Source: Candidatus Heimdallarchaeota archaeon B3_Heim (GTDB lineage: Archaea; Asgardarchaeota; Heimdallarchaeia; Hodarchaeales; Hodarchaeaceae). From it: a stretch of DNA of 32,000 nt. The stretch spans positions 1-32,000 of the forward strand of contig NJBF01000015.1 in assembly GCA_003144275.1 (NCBI GenBank). The letters run 5' to 3'. A program made the position numbers and the translations under genes. Positions 17,903 through 26,199 of this stretch are shown piece after piece. Under the pieces are notes generated by a model. That model was given only the letters and a program-made list of their open reading frames with translations, ran no database searches and was not told the origin of the DNA. The stretch's first letter is position 1. Every line of letters begins with the position of its first letter.

Positions 17903-19099
17903 ATGTGGGATTTTACTTCTCCCAGAAAAGTCATTTTTGGTGAGGATGCACTAGAATATCTCTCAGAACAATCTTTCAAGCACGTTTTCGTTGTAACAGA
18001 TCCAGTAATGAGAAAACTACATTTTCATTTGATAGAAAAACAGCTTAAAGCCATAAATGCTGAAATTACAGTTTTTGATGAGGTTCCAGGTGAACCGACA
18101 CTTCAAATTGTAGAAAAAGGAGCTAAACTGCTAGCAGAGGTTAATCCTGATGCTATTATCGCTTTTGGAGGTGGGAGTGTAATGGACTCTGCAAAAGGTA
18201 TGTGGCCGATGTGGGCTTCCCCCCAAGATGGTATGGATGCAATTGAGGGCTTAGATCCCTTTGGTAAGCTCAATCTTCGCGAAAAAACTAGCTGTATTCT
18301 TGTAAATATCCCTACTACTTCTGGAACTGGAGCAGATGTTACATGGTCAACTGTATTGACTGATAATTCAGCAGAAACTGAACGAAAAGCCTCTTTTGGT
18401 AATCGTGAATTAGTAGCCGATATCACAATACTTGATCCGATTCTCACGAAAACTTTACCTAGACATCTGATCGCTGGTACTGGTTTAGATGCACTAAGTC
18501 ATGCCATTGGTGGGTATCTTAGCACTTGGAGTAATGACTTTTCCGATGCGTTTCTAATTCACGCTTTCAAACTTCTGTGGGAAAATCTTACTCTTGCGTA
18601 TCACCAAGCTGAATCAGGTGAGGTAGATTTTGAAATTCGAGAAAAGCTTCATAATGCCGCGACAATGAGCGGATGGGGCTTTGGAAATTCCCAAATAATC
18701 CTTGGCCACGCATTGGGACACAGTATTGGAGCAGCTTTCAAAATTCCCCACTCAAAATGCATAGGTACGACATGCTGGTACTCTTTGATGTACAACAAGA
18801 ACACAGCATCCAATCGAATTGCTGAACTAGCCAGAGCAATTGGCTTAAATGGGAATTCAGAAGAAGAATTGACGGAACAGCTAATTTCTGGAGTGAAGGA
18901 TCTCTTGGGTGAACTTGACATGCCTCTTTCATTACAAGAAATGGGAGTGACAAAGGAAAAATATGACTCTGAGATTGAAACAGTCATTGAATACGCGCTT
19001 AATGACTCAGGAACACTCTCCAATCCTCGACCTGTCGACTATGAAGATTATGTTAAAATTTTCGAAAAATTATTTCTTGGCAATGAACTGGATTTCTAA
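17903..19099 (+). CDS. Iron-containing alcohol dehydrogenase
   Basis: GGGSVMDSAK, PTTSGTG, DALSH...HALGH...PHS metal ligands. Confidence 0.92.
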   Translation: MWDFTSPRKVIFGEDALEYLSEQSFKHVFVVTDPVMRKLHFHLIEKQLKAINAEITVFDEVPGEPTLQIVEKGAKLLAEVNPDAIIAFGGGSVMDSAKGMWPMWASPQDGMDAIEGLDPFGKLNLREKTSCILVNIPTTSGTGADVTWSTVLTDNSAETERKASFGNRELVADITILDPILTKTLPRHLIAGTGLDALSHAIGGYLSTWSNDFSDAFLIHAFKLLWENLTLAYHQAESGEVDFEIREKLHNAATMSGWGFGNSQIILGHALGHSIGAAFKIPHSKCIGTTCWYSLMYNKNTASNRIAELARAIGLNGNSEEELTEQLISGVKDLLGELDMPLSLQEMGVTKEKYDSEIETVIEYALNDSGTLSNPRPVDYEDYVKIFEKLFLGNELDF

Positions 19100-19143
19100 G
19101 TAATTTATTCCCCTTAGAATACAGAAGGATATTATAATAACAT

Positions 19144-19632
19144 TTAATTTTTTGAGGATTTTCTTTCTTCTCTAGGGGAAATTAGGTCGAAACCACATCT
19201 TGGACAAAAATTCTCTTTCGTAATCCGATTATTGCATTCTGGACATTTGATAACTCTTAATCTCTCCCTTAATTTATTTATATCTGGCCATTCCTGCGTT
19301 TTTCGCGGTTTATATTCCATTTTATTTTTAGATATGAAATAGGTGAACTCTTGATCTACCAGCAGAAGTTCGCAATGTTTGCAAAAATAAGCAAGTACCG
19401 ATGAAAATCTCCCTTTTCCAATTTTCATTTTTGGTTTGTGGTTTTCCCTCCAGAATCCCTGACCTTCATCAGGTGATGTTTCATTCCATAAAATTTTCCC
19501 TTCATATAGGGAGAAGTATCTAGATTGACTGGGGGAAAAAATAAACCCCGTGTCCATTGTGACACTACAATCAGGACAAATTCTATCTTTACCATTATCT
19601 TCATTAGGTTTTAGAGAATTTTTTTTCGCCAA
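19144..19632 (-). CDS. Zinc-ribbon protein (CxxC...CxxC N-terminal domain, PF20097-like, plus C-terminal double CxxC ribbon)
   Basis: CPDCSVTMDTGFI...AYFCKHCELLL and CPECNNRITKENFCPRCG; TTG start with SD GAGGAG. Confidence 0.65.
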   Translation of the reverse strand: MAKKNSLKPNEDNGKDRICPDCSVTMDTGFIFSPSQSRYFSLYEGKILWNETSPDEGQGFWRENHKPKMKIGKGRFSSVLAYFCKHCELLLVDQEFTYFISKNKMEYKPRKTQEWPDINKLRERLRVIKCPECNNRITKENFCPRCGFDLISPREERKSSKN

Positions 19633-19881
19633 AATACCACTCCTCGATTTGTATCAATTTCGATTGTTTTTTAAGATTCGTAGTAATTCTGAAAGAAATT
19701 AGGAATTTATAAGTTTATTATAAGCGGAATGTAGTAGTTGAGAATCTCTTCCTCCTTTTGCTTTTCGAGTTTTATGCTCATTCCTGCATTCTACTCAAAA
19801 CTTTCATCCCCCATTAGTTTTTTATTTTTTCAGAAAATACTTACCCTTCAATCTAAATATATACATTATGGATGGTCTTGT

Positions 19882-20262
19882 ATGGTAAATGAGGATCTGT
19901 TGAGAACTCTGTTTGTAAAAAAATCATTAAAGAATATTGAGGGAGGCTTCCAACTAGAGATGAAGAATCCAATTAGCGATGCCACTATTATCGACGCTAT
20001 TAAATTTGAGATAAAAGGAGACGCTATTGAAGGAAAAGAAAAGTATAAAGATTTTGTGGTCGAGATCGGGGGCGAGTCTATTGAAAACAAATCTATTAGC
20101 GAACAAAATCCTGCTGATTTTAGTGTTAAATCTCAGGCCATTCTTCGTTTTAAAAGAGAGCAACCGTTACCTGTTGGGAAATATAAGCTACGATTTACTC
20201 AGTTATTAACCGAACAATACGGCGATATTCCGTTTTCAATGAAAGAGCGTATTCGTGAATGA
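19882..20262 (+). CDS. Uncharacterised 126-aa beta-rich protein
   Basis: True start is most likely ATG 19882 (MVNEDLLRTLFVKKSLKNIEGGFQLEMKNPI...); the 48-aa extension in the ORF track looks like intergenic sequence. Alternating hydrophobic pattern suggests a beta-sandwich. Confidence 0.7.
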   Translation: MVNEDLLRTLFVKKSLKNIEGGFQLEMKNPISDATIIDAIKFEIKGDAIEGKEKYKDFVVEIGGESIENKSISEQNPADFSVKSQAILRFKREQPLPVGKYKLRFTQLLTEQYGDIPFSMKERIRE

Positions 20263-20441
20263 CTCTATAAATTTAAGTAACTGTCTATTTCCTTTTTCAG
20301 AAATACGGGGGAGAGATTTCTGCATTTTTGTATTGATTTTAACTGATTATAGATCCCACAGTAGAAAAATTCTTAAGTCAAAAAAGTGGATTCTCTATAA
20401 CTACTCATCTACTTTTATTATTAAAAGGCTGGTAAGTAAGT

Positions 20442-21815
20442 ATGGAAAATCAGAAACGCTTATTTAAAGATGAAGAAATTCTTGAGTGGATTACAACCCT
20501 AACGGAAGAAGATCTCAGAACAGTACATAAAAAAAGTCTGGTACCCTTCTATGATCAGGTATTTGTAGAAGGAAAAGGAGTTTATTTAAAGGATCACTCA
20601 GGAAAAGAATTTCTTGATTGTACCAGCCAGGCTTGGACATCTAATATCGGTTTTGCAAATCCTGACGTTGCATATGGAGTATCAGAACAAGTTAAACGAC
20701 TTACTCATGTACGGTACGGATTTCCTACCATACCCCGGATTAATTTTATTCACAAACTTGCTTCCATTACCCCTAAAGGCCTGACAAAAATTGCAGTAAA
20801 TGCCATGGGAGGAGGCGCGGCAATAGAAGCTGCTCTCAAACTCACAATGATAAATAAACCCGGTGCAGAGACTTTTTATTCCTATACTCGCGGGTATCAT
20901 GGAAGTTCTTTGGCAACAATGACTCTCGCTACACGATTTGCTGGAGTTACACGGTTTCGTCCATGGGGATTTGATCGGGTGTCAAAAATTCCTTTTCCCT
21001 ACTGTTATCGATGTCCTGTTGGTCAGGAGAATGAAAAATCCTGTAAACTGGAATGTCTTGAGATAGTAAAGCATCTCATTGAATATGGTTCTGTAGACAA
21101 AGTAGCAGGAATTCTCATGGAACCGATTCAAGGTCCAGGTGGACATATTCCTGCTCCTAAGCGTTATATGAAAGAACTAAGAAAATGGACCCAAGCTAAT
21201 GAAATATTTCTGATCTGGGATGAGTCACAGCTCTTTACTCGTATCGGTTATTGGTTCTCTTCAGAATTTTATGACGGGATTAAACCAGATATTACCTGTT
21301 TAACAAAAGCTGTCGGGGGTGGGCTTCCAATGGGTGTCACTATTGCTCGTGAAGATTTAAGTGGTTTTAATTCCGCAGAAGAACATTCTACATTTGGCGC
21401 TAACCCCCTTATGTTTGCCTCAGGGCTTGTATTTTTGAATTATATTGGAAGAGCAAACTTGTTGGAGAATACACGAGAGCAGGGAGCCTATATTACTAAA
21501 AAATTATATAGTTTACAAAAAGAATCAGAATATATTGGAGATATCAGGTGTCCAGGTTTAATGATAGGTATTGAACTGGTTTTGGATCGAGAAACCAAAG
21601 AACCAGCAAATGCTTTAGCGACGGATCTTATTGAAATTGCTAAGGATGAATATGGGGTCATCTTTGGCTTATCTGCCCCTATTTCGAGTGATTCAGGTTC
21701 TTTGTATCGTAATGTTGTAAAAATTAAACCTCCTCTAACAATTACACAAGAGGATTCAGATCATATAATGGATATATTTGAAAAAGCATTAGAAGAAGCT
21801 ATTGATTATTTATAG
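20442..21815 (+). CDS. Class III PLP-dependent aminotransferase-family enzyme
   Basis: GKGVYLKDHSGKEFLD, GYHGSS, ILMEPIQGPGG, WDESQ, DITCLTKAVGGGLPMG (PLP Lys), STFGANP, GLMIGIEL. Confidence 0.92.
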   Translation: MENQKRLFKDEEILEWITTLTEEDLRTVHKKSLVPFYDQVFVEGKGVYLKDHSGKEFLDCTSQAWTSNIGFANPDVAYGVSEQVKRLTHVRYGFPTIPRINFIHKLASITPKGLTKIAVNAMGGGAAIEAALKLTMINKPGAETFYSYTRGYHGSSLATMTLATRFAGVTRFRPWGFDRVSKIPFPYCYRCPVGQENEKSCKLECLEIVKHLIEYGSVDKVAGILMEPIQGPGGHIPAPKRYMKELRKWTQANEIFLIWDESQLFTRIGYWFSSEFYDGIKPDITCLTKAVGGGLPMGVTIAREDLSGFNSAEEHSTFGANPLMFASGLVFLNYIGRANLLENTREQGAYITKKLYSLQKESEYIGDIRCPGLMIGIELVLDRETKEPANALATDLIEIAKDEYGVIFGLSAPISSDSGSLYRNVVKIKPPLTITQEDSDHIMDIFEKALEEAIDYL

Positions 21816-21830
21816 AACTGTTGTGATTGA

Positions 21831-23429
21831 ATGGTTACAAAGAAGTTTCTAGCTTATGATCTTGGAACAACCAGCACAAAGGCTGTATTAATCTCAAACG
21901 ATATTGAATTCCTTGATTCATCAGTAATGGATTATCGGACAATTTTCCCCAAAGCAGGATATGCAGAGCATAATCCTGAAGACTGGTGGCATACTTTAGT
22001 AAGTACTACGCAGGAATTAATGAAAAAAACTGCCACAGATCCTTCTGAAATTAATGCTATTACATTTAGTTCCCAAATGCAAGGATGTCTTCCAGTTGAC
22101 AAAGATGGTACACCGTTAATGAACTGTATGATATGGTTGGACGGTCGAGGAGCCGAAATGATGTCCAAACTCTGGCCATGGCCAAGAGTAATGGGATATA
22201 ATCCCTATCGTTTATTTAGAAAGTTTTTAAAAATTACTGGAGGGTCACCTGGGTTAGCAGGGAAAGATATCATCCCTAAAATTCTGTGGCTGCAAAAAAA
22301 TAATCCCGACCTCCTTCAGAGGACTTTTAAGTTCTTAGATGTAAAAGATTATGTGATTTATTTGCTTACAGGAGTAATGGCCACCTCAACAGATCTTGCA
22401 TATATTTGGTGGTTGATGGACAGTCGGAAGCAAGAAGGGAAACCACGGAATGAATGGTCCCGATCTTTATGTAAAACATTCAAAATCGATATGGAAAAAC
22501 TCCCTGAGCTCCGAAAACCTACAGATATTATTGGTTCATTGTCAGAAAAGGCCGCGTTAGAGTTAGGTCTAGTAAAGGGTATACCTGTCGTAAATGGTGC
22601 TGGTGATATGACTACAGCAGCCATTGGTTCAGGTGCCGTCTTAGATGGAGAACTTCATTGCCAAATTGGGACATCTGGCTGGGTAGCTGGACATGTTTCC
22701 GAAAGAAAAGTAGATATTAGTCATTATACTGGTTGCACTGGTTCAGCTTTCGCTGATCAATTTTATTTAGTTACAGGACATCAGGAAATTGCTGGTTCAG
22801 CACTTGAATGGGTAAAAAATAATATTCTTTATTTTAAAGAGGAATTACAATCTCAAGAAAAGAAAGATGTTTATGAGATTTTTGATGAACTCGTTTCGGA
22901 TTGCCCACCAGGTGGAAAAGCAGCTGGAGGCACAAATTTATTATTTATGCCATGGCTTTATGGAGAAAGATGTCCGTTAGATGATGATCACGTTCGTGGA
23001 GGATTAATCAACCTTTCACTAGACCATGATAGACGCCATTTACTTAGAGCGGTGTTTGAAGGGGTGGCATTCAACGCTCGTTGGGCATTACATACAGTAG
23101 AAAAACTTTATTCTTCTGTAGAATGGCTTTCCATAATTGGAGGAGGAGCCAAATCCGAAGTTTGGTGTCAAATTTATGCTGATATTCTAAATAGAAAAAT
23201 TAAACGTGTTAAAAACCCACAAGAAGCCGGAGCATTAGGTTCCGCGTTAATTGCTAAGATGGCATTAGGAGAAATTCAAAGTTTGGATGAGATTAAACAG
23301 TGTTGTCACTACGACAAAGAATTTACCCCGAATCCTGAGTATCGTGAGCTGTATGATAATCTTTTTAAAGAATTTAAGAATTTATACAAACAAAATAAGA
23401 AATGGTTCAAGAGGATGAATAGCAAGTAG
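21831..23429 (+). CDS. FGGY-family carbohydrate kinase (xylulokinase-like)
   Basis: YDLGTTSTKA, EHNPEDWW, SSQMQG, WLDGR, GAGD, GTSG, PWLYGERCP, RAVFEGVA, IGGGAKSEVWCQIYAD. Confidence 0.92.
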   Translation: MVTKKFLAYDLGTTSTKAVLISNDIEFLDSSVMDYRTIFPKAGYAEHNPEDWWHTLVSTTQELMKKTATDPSEINAITFSSQMQGCLPVDKDGTPLMNCMIWLDGRGAEMMSKLWPWPRVMGYNPYRLFRKFLKITGGSPGLAGKDIIPKILWLQKNNPDLLQRTFKFLDVKDYVIYLLTGVMATSTDLAYIWWLMDSRKQEGKPRNEWSRSLCKTFKIDMEKLPELRKPTDIIGSLSEKAALELGLVKGIPVVNGAGDMTTAAIGSGAVLDGELHCQIGTSGWVAGHVSERKVDISHYTGCTGSAFADQFYLVTGHQEIAGSALEWVKNNILYFKEELQSQEKKDVYEIFDELVSDCPPGGKAAGGTNLLFMPWLYGERCPLDDDHVRGGLINLSLDHDRRHLLRAVFEGVAFNARWALHTVEKLYSSVEWLSIIGGGAKSEVWCQIYADILNRKIKRVKNPQEAGALGSALIAKMALGEIQSLDEIKQCCHYDKEFTPNPEYRELYDNLFKEFKNLYKQNKKWFKRMNSK

Positions 23430-23433
23430 GGCT

Positions 23434-24468
23434 TTAATAATGTGAGGCTAATTTTAGAGTTCGAAAATCATCTGGGAATTTTAACTTAAGATAAATCTGA
23501 ATTTCGGTTTCATCAATCGTTTCCAAAGCAGAATATTCATCAATAGACGATCGTTGAATTCTCGTCCAATTAAGCAAATCTTTACCAATTTTAAGACTCT
23601 TTCTCATTGAATCCGATTCGTCGACGATTAGAATCACTGAAAAATCAGATTCTTCCACACGGACTAGTTTGTAATGTTCATCTAGTTCTGAGGATCCAGT
23701 TCGTTTCATGAGAATTTCTCTCACACCTGCTCCTAAAGAGGCTTGAGCAAACGTATTAACTGCAGTAAACATACTTGTTAACATTGATGGATCATATGTG
23801 ACTTCCTCTTCCTTTGCACTTGTCCCAACTAGCAGACCTGATTCTGTTTTATAAATACATACATTATAGATGTTGATTTTAGGTAAAATAACTTCTCCTG
23901 TTAATGTTTCAATCAACCAGTCAAAAGCTTGATAGAAATTCACACCAGATTTGGCAGACATATGGAAGATATTTACTGCTTTGAATTGGCCTTTTTGCTG
24001 AATTTCGTACAGATCAAAATGCTGTAGGAGTAAAACATAAGGATCTACACCAGAGAGATCTGCTTTGTTTGCAGCAAGTAATAAGATCCCATTTGGTTTG
24101 ATATGGGGAAGTGCATTAAATAATGCAGTTTTACTCTCTTCAAATGATTCTGGATTTGAACAATCGACTACAAAGACAATAGCAGATGCAATACGTAGAT
24201 AATCCTCCCAGATCATGTGGAAAGATTCTTGGCCCCCCAAATCAAATGCCTGAAAGGCTACATCACGATATTCGAATTGATCAACGTTTAGCCCCATAGT
24301 TCTCGCTGAAGTTCCATGAAATTCTCCTGTTCGTAACCTTTGTAGTATAGTAGTTTTACCTGCAAACCCTAGACCAATAAAAGTTATTAATTTTTCAGCT
24401 ATTGGTTCTTTTGAATCAATATCTTTAGTCTTCTCTCTTCGTCTGAATAGGCGCTTTAATAAAGACAT
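23434..24468 (-). CDS. Arf-like small GTPase fused to a C-terminal longin-like domain
   Basis: G1 GLGFAGKTT, G2 RTMG, G3 DLGGQ, G4 NKAD, G5 SAK; C-terminal IYNVCIYKTESGLLV...DPSMLTSMFTAVNTFAQ...VREI...SVILIVD longin-type pattern. Confidence 0.85.
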   Translation of the reverse strand: MSLLKRLFRRREKTKDIDSKEPIAEKLITFIGLGFAGKTTILQRLRTGEFHGTSARTMGLNVDQFEYRDVAFQAFDLGGQESFHMIWEDYLRIASAIVFVVDCSNPESFEESKTALFNALPHIKPNGILLLAANKADLSGVDPYVLLLQHFDLYEIQQKGQFKAVNIFHMSAKSGVNFYQAFDWLIETLTGEVILPKINIYNVCIYKTESGLLVGTSAKEEEVTYDPSMLTSMFTAVNTFAQASLGAGVREILMKRTGSSELDEHYKLVRVEESDFSVILIVDESDSMRKSLKIGKDLLNWTRIQRSSIDEYSALETIDETEIQIYLKLKFPDDFRTLKLASHY

Positions 24469-24644
24469 AAAAACACTTCAGGGAGTAGTATGCGAGAAAA
24501 AGGCGTTCTTTGAATAACTTAAACACGCATTTTAGATAAAGGTAACTAGTCAAAATTTCCGGAGACAAAAATCGAATCTAAGAGATTTTTTTGCCTCATT
24601 CAATAATAGTAGGAATTCTGGACATTTTAAAATATCATTAATCT

Positions 24645-25736
24645 TCAGGTATGGTTCGGGTCGGATTTATCGAAAAATTTAGTAAGTTCAATTCTTTTAT
24701 CTGAAAGGTCTTTTTTGTCAATATGAGTATGAAAATAGCTAAAATATTCCGTAAATAGCTTAGTATCTTGTCTTAAATTATCAAGAACATCTTGAACAAT
24801 GCGTATTTCGTTATATTCCTTCTTTGTAAATGAAAATATGTTCTGATCCAATAATTCATCAAATGTAAGATTATCTGCTAACTCCACATATTTATAAATC
24901 GTTTGTTCAAGATGGGGAATCAAATTCACTGGCTGGGGGAAAAATTGGTGTTCGCTTATTCGTTGCTGGATAACCTTTTTACGTGGAAATTTCTCATAGC
25001 CAATTCCATTAACATCTAAAATCCTTGCAGCTGCAAGAGTAGTGCCTGTACCAGCAAAAGGATCAAGAACGTTTTTCGCGCCAGTTAACTTAATGCAACG
25101 GTAAGGTAGCTCGATTGGAAATGGCGCTTCGTGGCCTTTTTTTATTGTGCTCCCAGTTGTACGAGAGTACGGAATGAACCAAACATTTCCCGCATCCCTC
25201 AGATCTGATTTTGCGTATCTTCCAATGTTTGATTTATCTGCATAAGGAATACCAATCGCTTGTGGATTCATCCGATATTTTTTACGGTCTTTAACAAAGA
25301 CAAAGATGTATTCAAAGATATTGTTTAATCGTCTACTCCGACCAGACGGTGTATAATGGCCTCTTCCTAAAAAAGATTTCAACCAAATAATTGTTTGAAG
25401 ACGAAAAAATCCAGCGTTGGGTGCTAATTCTGCAATTCTATTTGATAATCCCTGGCTATTGGCCGAATCTCCGATATTTAGAAAAAACATTCCTTTAGAT
25501 GAAAGAACTCTGTAACATTCAGACCAAACCTGCAATAGTAGTGCTTCATATTCTGCCTCAGATTTTTGATCATCATAAACGTTACCTTCATCATCTGAAT
25601 AAACTTTGCTTCGATTATAAGGGGGTGAAGTGACAATCACGTCAATAGATGAATCCTTAACCTCTTTCATATCCTCTGAGCTTTTATAGTAAATTATCTG
25701 GTTCCCAATCTTGTCATAATTCGGTTCTGAATCCAT
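24645..25736 (-). CDS. Beta-class N4-cytosine/N6-adenine DNA methyltransferase
   Basis: IVTSPPY (motif IV) N-terminal, HEAPFP, LDPFAGTGTT (motif I) C-terminal, followed by a ~110-aa extension. Confidence 0.88.
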   Translation of the reverse strand: MDSEPNYDKIGNQIIYYKSSEDMKEVKDSSIDVIVTSPPYNRSKVYSDDEGNVYDDQKSEAEYEALLLQVWSECYRVLSSKGMFFLNIGDSANSQGLSNRIAELAPNAGFFRLQTIIWLKSFLGRGHYTPSGRSRRLNNIFEYIFVFVKDRKKYRMNPQAIGIPYADKSNIGRYAKSDLRDAGNVWFIPYSRTTGSTIKKGHEAPFPIELPYRCIKLTGAKNVLDPFAGTGTTLAAARILDVNGIGYEKFPRKKVIQQRISEHQFFPQPVNLIPHLEQTIYKYVELADNLTFDELLDQNIFSFTKKEYNEIRIVQDVLDNLRQDTKLFTEYFSYFHTHIDKKDLSDKRIELTKFFDKSDPNHT

Positions 25737-26020
25737 TTGATCGCCAATTTTTAATTATAAAAAAGAGAAAGAAATGATAGCTTATTTAATTGTTTCACAC
25801 TAAACACTCCATCTAGATACATTTAAGTTTTAAAAATACCTTTCTTGGTTTTTAGAATCTGTCCACACTGATTATTTCGATTAGATAAAAATTTTTGGTA
25901 GGCTCTCGTTTATATTGAATTTTTCCTACACCGCTAATATCTTTTTAAATCAAAGATTAGATAAAAATGCTCATTTTAATTTTTTTTGTGTTGTTGCTAG
26001 ATTTTATGCATTAAATATCA

Positions 26021-26032
26021 AAAGCTTAATAT
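26021..26032 (+). promoter_or_regulatory. BRE/TATA-like element upstream of the SSB gene
   Basis: AAAGCTTAATAT; an identical 12-mer lies on the minus strand at 27421-27432. Confidence 0.4.
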
Positions 26033-26199
26033 TTTAGTTTTTTTTTATCGTACATCACACGGAAATCCATTCTGTTTTGCATTACAAGAAAAAACAAGTT
26101 CACTTGACCCACTTTACTCTCATTTATCCTGTTGAATATTTTTTTTCCTTGTTGGCATCAGAAAATTTCCGTCAACCATTTCAAATATCGTGAGAAAAA

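Noticed and set aside
19738-19881. 48-aa N-terminal extension given by the ORF track
   Set aside because: Ser/Phe-rich translation of T-rich intergenic DNA from a TTG; ATG 19882 gives a more plausible protein.
20255-20467. 70-aa ORF bridging two genes, and the many antisense or nested ORFs in the track (e.g. 5753-6265, 8511-8813, 16225-16710, 18649-19023, 26158-26424)
   Set aside because: They overlap well-supported genes or look like translated intergenic DNA, with no motifs; typical shadow ORFs.
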